Positions 51,019 through 60,384 of a stretch of 64,000 nucleotides of DNA are shown piece after piece (within the stretch, counting starts at the first letter, position 1; every line of letters begins with the position of its first letter). Both the position numbers and the translations under genes were made by a program. The notes beneath the pieces are model-generated. The model had not been told where the DNA came from. It made no database searches and worked only from the letters and a program-made list of their open reading frames with translations. This DNA is from Candidatus Pacebacteria bacterium CG_4_10_14_3_um_filter_34_15 (lineage in GTDB: Bacteria > Patescibacteriota > Microgenomatia > UBA1400 > PJMF01): NCBI GenBank assembly GCA_002783105.1, contig PFJN01000016.1:15034-79033 (forward strand), in the 5' to 3' direction.

Positions 51019-51819
51019 TTATCCTCCGGCTGAGGAATATTTATACCTCGCTTTTTTCCATAAAAAATTACTAAATAAAAACATGATTGCCAAAGTAGAT
51101 GAAATAAAAATATAATCATAAGTTTGTAGCTTCATTTTCCCTTGGATAATTTGTATAGGAACATAACTTAGATATTTAAATGGCAAAAAACTAAAAATAT
51201 TTTGTAACCAAACTGGCATAAATTCAAATGGTATTGTTGAACCGCTAAATAAAGAAATAAGAATCCATTTAAAATGTTCGAGACCGCTAGATCCTTCGAA
51301 CCAAAATGTCAGTAGCACAATCCAAAGCGCAATCATTATTTGAATAGCATATGCAGCTGCTAGTAATCCTAAAAACATAAATAAATTGTTTAACTCCAAA
51401 ATAATTTTAGAAACATGGAATAGTTTTAAAGAAAATATATAAAAAAGAGTTAGGATTGGAATAGAGATTATCAAGTTGACAATTTTCCCGCCCAATTCTC
51501 TTGAAATTATTTCGTGGATGTAGGAAAACGGTCTAGTTAAAAAATAATCAATTTTACCCATTCTAATCTCTTGGGAGCGCCAGCCTTCAAAGTAAGTTGC
51601 GGTGATTCTTTGAATAAAAACTACTAATATGTAGTATTGAACGATATCTGAAAAAGAATAATTATTAATGCTTTCTTGACCTGAATAAACTGCGCCCCAT
51701 AAAAAGAATAAGACGAAGAATGGAATGACGTCTAAGAATGCATAGATTGCAATTTCTTCTCTAAATTGTAATGTTTTAATAAACATGAATTTAAAGATTA
51801 GATAATATTTCTTTAGCAT
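51019..51819 (-). CDS. ABC-2 family (DUF990-like) permease
   Basis: EIR.GKIDYFLTRP, FSG..IPF.F.P, LPFKY. Confidence 0.82.
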   Translation of the reverse strand: MLKKYYLIFKFMFIKTLQFREEIAIYAFLDVIPFFVLFFLWGAVYSGQESINNYSFSDIVQYYILVVFIQRITATYFEGWRSQEIRMGKIDYFLTRPFSYIHEIISRELGGKIVNLIISIPILTLFYIFSLKLFHVSKIILELNNLFMFLGLLAAAYAIQIMIALWIVLLTFWFEGSSGLEHFKWILISLFSGSTIPFEFMPVWLQNIFSFLPFKYLSYVPIQIIQGKMKLQTYDYIFISSTLAIMFLFSNFLWKKARYKYSSAGG

Positions 51820-51895
51820 GTTGCTATTTTAGCACCTCTGGGACGATCTACCCAATAAGAGTTTAGGTTCTATGATTAGGAGACTGTTCATTATC

Positions 51896-51921
51896 AAAAA
51901 CCCCCGCTCGAGCGGGGGTTT
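51896..51921. terminator. intrinsic terminator downstream of hup
   Basis: AAAAACCCCCGCTCGAGCGGGGGTTT; U-tract on minus strand. Confidence 0.85.
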
Positions 51922-51959
51922 AATACTTTTATTTTAAATCTACCAAGTAGCTTTTTAGT

Positions 51960-52235
51960 TTACCAAACTTGTTTCTTTAATGGTTTGCCAACTCTGAAGT
52001 TAACAACTTTATGACCTTTGATTGTCTGTCTTTTAGATTCATTACCAAAAGGGACTACTTGTTTGTCTCCAACTTTGCTAACATAAAATGTTCCGAATCC
52101 TGAAATAACTACTTTTTCACCTTTATTAAGTGAACGGATGACTTCTTCAAACAGTGCTTCGATAGCATCTGAAGAAGCTTTTTTTGTTAAGTGAGCTTTT
52201 TTTGCAATAACAGCAACCAATTGTGATTTAGTCAT
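51960..52235 (-). CDS. hup: HU family DNA-binding protein
   Basis: MTK.QLV..IA, GEKV.ISGFGTF, F..GK.LK. Confidence 0.93.
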   Translation of the reverse strand: MTKSQLVAVIAKKAHLTKKASSDAIEALFEEVIRSLNKGEKVVISGFGTFYVSKVGDKQVVPFGNESKRQTIKGHKVVNFRVGKPLKKQVW

Positions 52236-52292
52236 TTTTATTCCCTTTTAATAATTATTAATTAGCCTCATATAGAGCGACTTAGATCAATC

Positions 52293-52320
52293 ATTATCAC
52301 TTATTTTCTTCAGCTGTCAA
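52293..52320 (-). promoter_or_regulatory. sigma70 promoter for hup
   Basis: TTGACA-16 nt-GATAAT on minus strand. Confidence 0.65.
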
Positions 52321-52338
52321 TCTTCAAAATGTTGCAAA

Positions 52339-52713
52339 TTAAATAAAATTATATCTTCTTAAGAACGCAACACTGACTCCGAGCATGTCATAACCGATGT
52401 CTCTTAAGGTAGCATACCTCCCAGGAACCAGTGATTGATGGAATTCATCACTCACGGCATAAAGCAGGCAAATTAAAATCGGAACGTAAAGATGTTTTGT
52501 TGACGTTTCTAAGTTTGTAGTTTGGTCTACAGCCCTTTTTAAAAGTAAATAAAGGATAAAATAGACAAAGAGATGAGCAGCTTTTTTAAAAATAAAGTCA
52601 AAACCTGATTCTTGAAAGCCGGCAATTACACTTTGAGATGATAAGATAAAGATAAAGGTTGCCCAGAGAATAGGTGGTAGATAAGCGTTCAATATTTTGT
52701 TAAATTTTTTCAT
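52339..52713 (-). CDS. VanZ family membrane protein
   Basis: K.AH...Y, YAVSDEFHQS.VPGR, D...D. Confidence 0.9.
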   Translation of the reverse strand: MKKFNKILNAYLPPILWATFIFILSSQSVIAGFQESGFDFIFKKAAHLFVYFILYLLLKRAVDQTTNLETSTKHLYVPILICLLYAVSDEFHQSLVPGRYATLRDIGYDMLGVSVAFLRRYNFI

Positions 52714-53867
52714 TTGATAAAGAATAATCCAGAACTTGCTAGCATTGCACCTCCAATTATAACACTGATTATGGCTATTTTTGGCAAACTATTGTCTTTA
52801 ACCACCACTTGTTTTGAGATGTAATTATCTGTTTTGGCCGTAGAAGATTTATCAGCATTACTGACCGAAAGTAATCCATTTATTCTTTTTAAATTTGAAA
52901 TTTTTTGGGCTGATGTACTATCTGTAATAGTTTGTTTTTTATCAACATCGAGTTTATCTTCTGGAAATAACTGTGTTGTTGAAGTTATTTTTTGTTGAGA
53001 ACTGTTACTTTCATTTGAAGTATCTATTGAAGAAATTGGGACCCCAATTGAGCACTGTCCAAAATTTAGAGTGTCTATTATATTTTTATTAGGATCAAGT
53101 AGAGTTATTGTATCACCAGAATTATTTAGAATACTATTTTTTAGATAAATGGTTATAAAAGATATACCTGGTATTTCTTTATTTGAACTAAGAAGCATTT
53201 GGTTATTTGCAGAATCTTTTAGCAACCAATTATCGAGATTTACAGCTTCATTATTTGGATTCTTTACCTTAACCCATTCCTGGTTGTTTTCTTCTGGACA
53301 TGACATGATCTCGTGTATTTTAAGCGAAGGATATTCCATTAAGGTCTCTTGGCTAATTTCTTGTGTATCTTCTATTACTATTTCTGTTTCGTTATCTTCA
53401 GTGTTAGTCGGTAGAGGATTTGGAAGTCCCTTGCTTGGAACTGATAATGCAATTAACTTTTGATTATTTTCTGTAATTAACGAAAAACTCTTTCCTTGTT
53501 CAGAGCTCGAATATTCAAACTGATCAATGGTTTCGCCAAGGCTATTTATTAATAATACGCCATCAGCTGTGTTATTGAGTTTATTGTTCTCAATTTCAAT
53601 TACTAAATAAGTGAGCGGTTTCATTTCCAATTTATCGTCAAGAATTTGATTAAATTGGAAAATAATTGATGGGGCACTGAGTTTGTCCATCAAAATCCAA
53701 CCTGATAGATCAATAATTTCTGAAGAATCATTATAAATTTCTACCCACTCTTTTTCTTCTGCATTAGGTTTTGGATAAATCTCATTTATTATTGGAGAAG
53801 CAAAAACTGGTTTAGTAAAAAATATGGTGGTAAAAATAAATAAGATGACACAGAAAATTATCTTCAT
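52710..53867 (-). CDS. secreted protein with two lamin-tail domains and C-terminal TM
   Basis: Signal peptide; INEI.P...EWVEIYN..IDLSGW.L.D and a second HEI...EWV..N..LDNW.L.D; LNN..D twice. Confidence 0.85.
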   Translation of the reverse strand: MKIIFCVILFIFTTIFFTKPVFASPIINEIYPKPNAEEKEWVEIYNDSSEIIDLSGWILMDKLSAPSIIFQFNQILDDKLEMKPLTYLVIEIENNKLNNTADGVLLINSLGETIDQFEYSSSEQGKSFSLITENNQKLIALSVPSKGLPNPLPTNTEDNETEIVIEDTQEISQETLMEYPSLKIHEIMSCPEENNQEWVKVKNPNNEAVNLDNWLLKDSANNQMLLSSNKEIPGISFITIYLKNSILNNSGDTITLLDPNKNIIDTLNFGQCSIGVPISSIDTSNESNSSQQKITSTTQLFPEDKLDVDKKQTITDSTSAQKISNLKRINGLLSVSNADKSSTAKTDNYISKQVVVKDNSLPKIAIISVIIGGAMLASSGLFFIK

Positions 53868-53868
53868 T

Positions 53869-53894
53869 AGAATAATACTTTAAAGTATTATTCT
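53869..53894. promoter_or_regulatory. perfect 26-bp palindrome abutting the start codon
   Basis: AGAATAATACTTT|AAAGTATTATTCT. Confidence 0.6.
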
Positions 53895-53922
53895 TGTGTA
53901 AAATGTAGAGTTATGTGACTTT

Positions 53923-55176
53923 CTAATAAATAGTCAATCGGTCAACTGCAGTAATATTTGAAAGTGAGTGTTTGTCTGTAAATGGAATGTTATTGCCATC
54001 TGTTTCAAGAGGGTCTTTCATAATATATTTATCATTTTCTTTTTTGGTTATAACTATAAAATGATCTCCTGAACTACTTTGAGCTTTGATTCTAACAATA
54101 ACTGGTTTTCCAGAAGAGAGTTCTGAATCCAAGCAAGAGGTGTCGTAGCAAATTCTTTCTCTTAACACGCTGACTCCATTAAGTGACCAAGTATAGCCTC
54201 TAATCATATCAGCTGAGTATGGAACGAAAGGTGTTGCGCTGCCTGCAATTTGATTTGGACTGAGGGTCTTACCATAATGTGAGGTGATCATTGCTGTTGA
54301 AGTTACTAAGCATCCAACATATTTCATTGTCATGCCACTATTGCCAATTATTTGATTAGCCCAGGCGCTATCTCTTTGATTATAATAACAGCCCCAATCA
54401 TCACATTTTGTCATATTAGATAGTAATGAAATGTCTTTATTTGCGGTGTATCTTTTTATTGCATCAACTTGTTCTTTAGCTTCTTTCAACAATTTTTGAA
54501 ATTTCTGCTCATCATTTTGAGTAGCGGTAAGTAAATTTTTCTTTTCTTCCCTTTGAGCAACTAGATTATTTTGTTCAAGTTGTAATTGATATCTTTTAGT
54601 TTCAATTTCATCTTGTTTGATTGTTTTGATATCTTTCTGTTCATCATAAAAAACTTTTTGAGTTTGAGCTTTTTGCATGGCATCCGCTGTTTGTTTTCCA
54701 GCAAGACTTAAATATCGATGTTGATTAATAAATTTTGAAAGAGAGTTAGAAGTGAGCAGAATTTCTAAAGGATTTGACTGTTTTTGTTTATATTGAGTTC
54801 TAATTCTATCTACCAGCAGCGTGGCTAGTCGGTCAAGTGAAATGCTCAATCCAGAGATTCTGTCACCTAATGCCTCAATTTCTTTTTCAAGTTTGCTTAT
54901 TTCAGCTTCCCTTTGCTGAATTTGTAACTCTTGAATATTTATATTGCCATTGAAAACACTAATTGTACTGTTGAGCGTTGTTTTTTCGTTACTAATTTCT
55001 CCTAATCGATTTTCAATACAATTAATTTTTTTTTGCAGACATGAGTCGTAATCTGAACTGGTACTATCACAAGTAAAATCTTTTTCACAATCCTGAGCAT
55101 TGACTACATTCACAACTAATCCAAAGAATATATAAATGAGAAAAAGTACGACTGATAAATGTATTTTCTTGATCAT
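53923..55176 (-). CDS. secreted coiled-coil protein with C39-like peptidase domain (putative FtsEX-regulated hydrolase)
   Basis: Signal peptide, long coiled coil, YNQRD..W, GCLVTS.AM, HFIVI, DP. Confidence 0.8.
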   Translation of the reverse strand: MIKKIHLSVVLFLIYIFFGLVVNVVNAQDCEKDFTCDSTSSDYDSCLQKKINCIENRLGEISNEKTTLNSTISVFNGNINIQELQIQQREAEISKLEKEIEALGDRISGLSISLDRLATLLVDRIRTQYKQKQSNPLEILLTSNSLSKFINQHRYLSLAGKQTADAMQKAQTQKVFYDEQKDIKTIKQDEIETKRYQLQLEQNNLVAQREEKKNLLTATQNDEQKFQKLLKEAKEQVDAIKRYTANKDISLLSNMTKCDDWGCYYNQRDSAWANQIIGNSGMTMKYVGCLVTSTAMITSHYGKTLSPNQIAGSATPFVPYSADMIRGYTWSLNGVSVLRERICYDTSCLDSELSSGKPVIVRIKAQSSSGDHFIVITKKENDKYIMKDPLETDGNNIPFTDKHSLSNITAVDRLTIY

Positions 55177-55227
55177 AGTAAACTCAATAAACTAGTTAAA
55201 CGGTGATGTCAGCACGAGCCTATCGAG

Positions 55228-56097
55228 TTAATTTCTTATTAATCTTTGAATTGCAACTAAACTTGCATATCCTCCAAGGAAAACTCCAGAAAGTATGCCT
55301 ATAGTGCCATGAATAATATAGAATTCTATAGGAATTGGAAGAAGTTTAATTTCGCCTAATACTTCATTAATAGAGGGAGTTAAGTAAAGTAATATTGAAA
55401 AAGTAACCAACCAACCAATCGTAGCGCCCACGAGTCCATAGATCATTCCTTCATACATGAACGGAATTTTTATATATCCTTTAGTTGCTCCAAGTATTCT
55501 CATTACTGTAATAGATTTTTTCTGAGCTGTAGCTTTCATTGCGATCACTATCATGATTATTAGAAAAGAAATTAAGGCTAAGATTGAAGTTGCTGAGATT
55601 CCAATAATTTCAGCTGTATTAATCCATTTTGAAAGAATGGAAACTACATCTTCTTGAAAAACTACGTCTTCCACTTGATTGAATTCATCAAAATCATTTT
55701 TTATATTAATAAGTGATTCAATGTTTCGTCCAGAGACTTCAATGCTTGCTGGCAAAATATCAGCAGTAACTAACTCGAGTAGGAGCGGATCATTTTTGTT
55801 TTCTTCTTGGTAGAGTTTTAGAGCGTCGTCTTGGGTAATTATTTTTGCTGACTCTACGTAAGGTTTTGCTCTAATCTTTTCTGCGGTTTTTTCAATATCA
55901 GTAATTGGAGTTTCTAGTTCGAAAAAAGCAATTATCTGAGGTCTGGTTTCAAAATGCTGAAGAACTTTACTTGCCCCGATAACAAAAAGTGAAAATGAAA
56001 AACCTACAAAAAATGTTACAGCAACCATGATAATTGAGGTTAAGGCCTGGTATGGAGATCTTCTAATAGTGGTTAGGGCAGTTGCTAGTGAACTCAT
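55228..56097 (-). CDS. ftsX: cell division permease FtsX
   Basis: LPASIEV, I.VMRILGAT..YI..PF..EG; 4 TMs. Confidence 0.92.
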   Translation of the reverse strand: MSSLATALTTIRRSPYQALTSIIMVAVTFFVGFSFSLFVIGASKVLQHFETRPQIIAFFELETPITDIEKTAEKIRAKPYVESAKIITQDDALKLYQEENKNDPLLLELVTADILPASIEVSGRNIESLINIKNDFDEFNQVEDVVFQEDVVSILSKWINTAEIIGISATSILALISFLIIMIVIAMKATAQKKSITVMRILGATKGYIKIPFMYEGMIYGLVGATIGWLVTFSILLYLTPSINEVLGEIKLLPIPIEFYIIHGTIGILSGVFLGGYASLVAIQRLIRN

Positions 56098-56105
56098 ATT
56101 CTTCT

Positions 56106-56918
56106 TTATTTTGTTTTATTCTTTTTATCTGTGTTCTTTAATTTGTAATCTTTCGTTTCTTTTAATTTTGATTTAATTTTTTTCTTATCATCCACATCTG
56201 GTTTTGATTCCACATCTGACTTGGATTTCACATCCGGTTTGGATTCTTTTTTTGGCTTAGTGTCTTTTTTGATTTTGCCTTTTTCGAGTTCAATTTGTCT
56301 AACTCCTTTGAATAACTCCATAATATCATGATCATGAGTTGCTAAGATGATGGTAGTTCCAAAAGAATTTATTTTTTGAAGTAATTTCCCAATTTCAAGA
56401 GCAGTTTCCCTATCTAGATTTCCAGTTGGTTCATCTGCAAAAATAATTGTTGGACCGGTGGATAATGCTCTAGCGATACTAATTCTTTGAGCCTCTCCGC
56501 CAGAAAGTTGTTTTGGAAATAAAAAAGCTTTGTCTGTCAGGGAAATTAGTGTCAAAAGATCAGTTACTCTTTGTTCAATTTCTTCTTGTTTTTTGCCAAT
56601 AATAGAAAGGGGGAGAGCTATATTTTCCCAAATATTTAGCTCTGGGAGCAGTTTGTAATCTTGGAAGATAACGCCAATCTTCCTTTTATGCTCGTGAATT
56701 TGCGATTGTTTGATTTCATTTATATTTTTGTCAGCAAAGAAGATATCACCCGAAGTTGCCAGATGTTCTCTTGTCAATAATTTCATGATGGTGGTTTTTC
56801 CAGATCCAGAAGGACCTGTAAGAAGGACTAATTCGCCATCATCAATGTCAAAAGAAATATCATTAACTGCGTAAGAGTCTGGTGGAAAATATTTGCTGAC
56901 TGAGGTAAATTTAATCAT
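56106..56918 (-). CDS. ftsE: cell division ATPase FtsE with basic C-terminal tail
   Basis: GPSGSGKTT, IG.IFQDYKLL, LSGGE.QR, ADEPTGNLD, ATHD. Confidence 0.93.
   Translation of the reverse strand: MIKFTSVSKYFPPDSYAVNDISFDIDDGELVLLTGPSGSGKTTIMKLLTREHLATSGDIFFADKNINEIKQSQIHEHKRKIGVIFQDYKLLPELNIWENIALPLSIIGKKQEEIEQRVTDLLTLISLTDKAFLFPKQLSGGEAQRISIARALSTGPTIIFADEPTGNLDRETALEIGKLLQKINSFGTTIILATHDHDIMELFKGVRQIELEKGKIKKDTKPKKESKPDVKSKSDVESKPDVDDKKKIKSKLKETKDYKLKNTDKKNKTK
56191..56244 (-). repeat. three degenerate 18-bp tandem units in the ftsE tail
   Basis: TCCACATCTGGTTTTGAT / TCCACATCTGACTTGGAT / TTCACATCCGGTTTGGAT, encoding SKPDVK-SKSDVE-SKPDVD. Confidence 0.8.
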
Positions 56919-56973
56919 AATTTAAACCTAGTCTAGCCTGTTTACTAGTGACTTTGCAAGATTGAATTGAGGT

Positions 56974-57549
56974 TTATTCTTCTGCGGGAGACTCTGCGTC
57001 AACTTTTAGTACTTCAACTCTACCAACATCCATTAACCAGCCTGCTTTTTGACCTTTAAAAGTCTCTCCCCATACTTTAATTTCTGTTCCAGCGAGTTGC
57101 GTGAGATCGGTGACTGATGATGTTAAGTAGACTGTTTGGGATTCGCCACCTGGTCTTAAAAGTTTATGAGAACCTTCTCCATCGAGACCACCAACTTCTA
57201 AGTACCCTTCGGCGGAATCTTTAAACGATTCGTCCTTACTTCCAAATGTATCCCCAACATTTAATTTTCCGGCAGTCGGAAGTTCTTGAAGAGCCAGATT
57301 TGATTCGGACGAGTTAGATTTGTTTGCAAAAAGCTTGAAACTTCCAAAACCTGTACCTACACCAGATAGGACTGCAATAATTGTTAAAACTATAAATAAT
57401 CTTGAAGTACTTCTCATTGATATGTCTTTCTCTATGTTAGCTGTTCGAATACTTTCCAATTCAGGAGATTTTTGATTATGCTCTAGAAGCAAATCATCGT
57501 CAACTACGGCTTTGTTCTCGATGTCTTCCATAATGTCAATTTTTTTCAT
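56974..57549 (-). CDS. hypothetical single-TM membrane protein
   Basis: TM segment, then beta-rich domain (GEGSHKL.RPGG.SQTVYLTSS, AGWLMDVG). Confidence 0.7.
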   Translation of the reverse strand: MKKIDIMEDIENKAVVDDDLLLEHNQKSPELESIRTANIEKDISMRSTSRLFIVLTIIAVLSGVGTGFGSFKLFANKSNSSESNLALQELPTAGKLNVGDTFGSKDESFKDSAEGYLEVGGLDGEGSHKLLRPGGESQTVYLTSSVTDLTQLAGTEIKVWGETFKGQKAGWLMDVGRVEVLKVDAESPAEE

Positions 57550-57568
57550 ATATTTAATTATAACTGAT

Positions 57569-58663
57569 TTATAATTTTATTTCTTCTTGAATAAATATGT
57601 CTATATCACCGTCCAAAACAGCCTCCGTGTTTGTAGTTTCTACCTGAGTTCTAGTGTCTTTTACTAATTTGTAAGGGTGCAAAACGTAGTTTCTAATTTG
57701 ACTGCCAAAACTTGCGTTAACATGAACTCCTTTTTCTTTATTTAGCTCGTCTTGAAGTCTTTGGGCTTCTATTTGTGCTAATTTTCTTTTAAGTTTTATA
57801 AGTGCTTTTTCTTTATTTTGAACTTGGCTTCTTTCTTCTCGGCATCTGACTACAATTCCAGTTGGAACATGAGTTAACTCAACTGCGGTATTTACTTTAT
57901 TAACATTCTGCCCGCCAGCTCCACCGGCTCTTGAAAAATTCCAATTTAATTCTGAATCATTTATTTCTATTTCGTCATCGCTTTCGTCTATTAATGGTAA
58001 CGTTTCGACTAATGCAAAAGAAGTTTGTCTAAGATTATCGGCATTAAAGGGACTTTGTCTGACTAATCTATGTGTTCCTTGTTCATTTTTTAAATATCCG
58101 TAGGCATACTGGCTATCAATTTGGAATTCTGCAGATTTTATTCCGGCTTCTTCACCGCGGGATTCTGAAATCAACGTTGCTTTCCAACCTTTTCTTTCAA
58201 AAAATCGTGAATACATTCTTTTGAGCATTGAGGCCCAGTCCATGGCTTCCGTTCCACCTTGACCAGAGTGAACCGATAAAATAGCTCCATAGTTATCATA
58301 TTTACTGTTTAAATATTGTTTTAATTTCAACTCATAAAGTTTTTTTGATAATTTTGAGCAAGTGATACGTAAATCTATTTCAAGATTTTTAACAGTTTCC
58401 GCATCTTTTTCCTCGGCTACTAATTCTTGATACGTTTGTAGTTCAGCATTTAAATTTTTCACTGTTTCGAAATCCTCAATCTCTTCTTTGACAAGCGAGG
58501 TATTTTTCATCACTTTTTTTGCTTCTTTAGACTGCCAGAAGTTAGGTAAAAAAGTTTTTTCTTCTAAATCACTTAGTTCTTTTTTTAGTTTGTTTATATC
58601 GGCTGAAGACAAATAGATATTTGCATTCTCGATAAGTAGCGATGGTTCGTGACTTGAATTCAT
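57569..58663 (-). CDS. prfB: peptide chain release factor 2 (no programmed frameshift)
   Basis: [28 protein letters not shown]. Confidence 0.96.
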   Translation of the reverse strand: MNSSHEPSLLIENANIYLSSADINKLKKELSDLEEKTFLPNFWQSKEAKKVMKNTSLVKEEIEDFETVKNLNAELQTYQELVAEEKDAETVKNLEIDLRITCSKLSKKLYELKLKQYLNSKYDNYGAILSVHSGQGGTEAMDWASMLKRMYSRFFERKGWKATLISESRGEEAGIKSAEFQIDSQYAYGYLKNEQGTHRLVRQSPFNADNLRQTSFALVETLPLIDESDDEIEINDSELNWNFSRAGGAGGQNVNKVNTAVELTHVPTGIVVRCREERSQVQNKEKALIKLKRKLAQIEAQRLQDELNKEKGVHVNASFGSQIRNYVLHPYKLVKDTRTQVETTNTEAVLDGDIDIFIQEEIKL

Positions 58664-58688
58664 AGAATGATTTTATCACGAATCTAGT

Positions 58689-60368
58689 TTATTGGAGATT
58701 AATCAGAGAATTTTGTTCTAGTAGAAATTGAGTAATAAAGGAGTCTTTTTTAATTGTGTACGGAGTTGCAGGAAGACCTGGCTGTTTTTGAATGTAAATT
58801 TGATTTTCATTTTGTTGGTTATTGGTTAGATAAATTTCCAGCACAGAATTTTCCTGTTCCATAAGCGTGATAATAAAACCAATTTCTTTAAATTCTTCAT
58901 TCTTTGAATTTTTAATAGTGGTTTCATGCCAATCAACAATCAGCGAGTCATTATATTTAATGTATTCTAAATTCTGTTCTTGTTTTAAGAATATTCTTTG
59001 ATAATTTACGTATCCAAGGTGATTGGCTTTATTACTATTATTAGATTCATTAACATTTTCAATTTCATCACCCATTAATTCAGATAAATTTGAAATCATT
59101 GGTGATAAGTTGTTATTTTTAAAATTAACAGTTATTAAAGTTTCATTGTTTTTTTTATCGATAAAAACCTCTCTAGTAATATTTTTATTTGCTTTATTTA
59201 TTCCGACATTTGATTCTACTAGAAAGAGATAATCTGCATTTTTTTTAAAACCAAGTTCTTGTCTAAAACTATATTTTGAAAATATTTTGTCTATCTCATC
59301 GACATTTGAATAAAGTTGAATATTATTATAAGCAAATTGATTTATAGTTTCTTGAAGAATATTAATTTTCGATTTTTCGTCAAGATTACTAATCTTAATT
59401 TGTAACTGTGTTAGTAGTTGAGAAAGAATGTGTTTTTTTTCTGTACTTCCAGGAAAGAAGGTGCCTCTTCTTGATCTAAGTACTTCAGTGATATTATTTC
59501 TGTCGACAATCGTATTATAATCTTTAAGTGTAATTCTGCCGGTAATTGATAAAATTAGTTTTGCATAATCTGGATTAACAGCAATAAGAGTAGTGACATT
59601 CTTTTTATTTCCAAGTGCAAAAAATTGCAATATTTGTTCAGCACTTGTTGGAAAATCTGGATTCCAATTGGCGTTTGGTAGTCTCAAACCTTTACTATCA
59701 CTTAGATATTCTTTAACACCGCTTGGAGCTTCGATGAATCCTTCAAACTGTCCGTCTGCATCGTATATATCCTCGGTTACAATTTCTGTAACTTTTCCAT
59801 TGACGATATCTAAAACAGCATAAGAGCCCATAAAACCACCAGTTGCTCGAATTTCATCCGAGTTCTGAAAAACTATAATAATTTTTTGGTCCTGATTTGA
59901 AAAGCTATCTAAAAATTTTATCATATCAGGCAAAGATTCAGAAAATTGATGAAACTTTTGAAGTTTTTCTTCACTAATTATTTTGTTTGCAATTTTTGAT
60001 TGATTAATTTGATTGTCAATAATTTGAATTTTTTGTTCTAGATCAATCAAAGTAATTTTTAAACCTGAAATATCAAAAATATAGTTGTTTTTGTGATTTA
60101 AGTTGCTGGCTGAGATTAGGGTGTCAGTATAAGAGGGAATATCACTGATCAAATATAATGAATTTTTAAATAATTCAAGGTCAGTATTGTTAGAAAAAGT
60201 AATTTTTGAGAGAGGCTCAATAATATAAAGGCATTTTAGAGCAGTTTCTCTTGCTTCTGGAAAATTTCCATTATTTAATTGGTTGAATGTGCGTGTGACT
60301 AAGAAAATCAGAATTGCAAAAACTGTTGCAGAAATTATCCCTAATAATATTAAGATTCTTTTCCACAT
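58689..60368 (-). CDS. DUF4012 domain membrane-anchored protein
   Basis: FQN..E.RATGGFMGS, NW.PDFP.SA, N.G.NKAN, QKQPG. Confidence 0.85.
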   Translation of the reverse strand: MWKRILILLGIISATVFAILIFLVTRTFNQLNNGNFPEARETALKCLYIIEPLSKITFSNNTDLELFKNSLYLISDIPSYTDTLISASNLNHKNNYIFDISGLKITLIDLEQKIQIIDNQINQSKIANKIISEEKLQKFHQFSESLPDMIKFLDSFSNQDQKIIIVFQNSDEIRATGGFMGSYAVLDIVNGKVTEIVTEDIYDADGQFEGFIEAPSGVKEYLSDSKGLRLPNANWNPDFPTSAEQILQFFALGNKKNVTTLIAVNPDYAKLILSITGRITLKDYNTIVDRNNITEVLRSRRGTFFPGSTEKKHILSQLLTQLQIKISNLDEKSKINILQETINQFAYNNIQLYSNVDEIDKIFSKYSFRQELGFKKNADYLFLVESNVGINKANKNITREVFIDKKNNETLITVNFKNNNLSPMISNLSELMGDEIENVNESNNSNKANHLGYVNYQRIFLKQEQNLEYIKYNDSLIVDWHETTIKNSKNEEFKEIGFIITLMEQENSVLEIYLTNNQQNENQIYIQKQPGLPATPYTIKKDSFITQFLLEQNSLINLQ

Positions 60369-60384
60369 TAATTATCTCATTCTA

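Noticed and set aside
57569-58663. Programmed +1 frameshift in prfB
   Set aside because: The ORF is continuous and full length, with no CTT-TGA site near the start.
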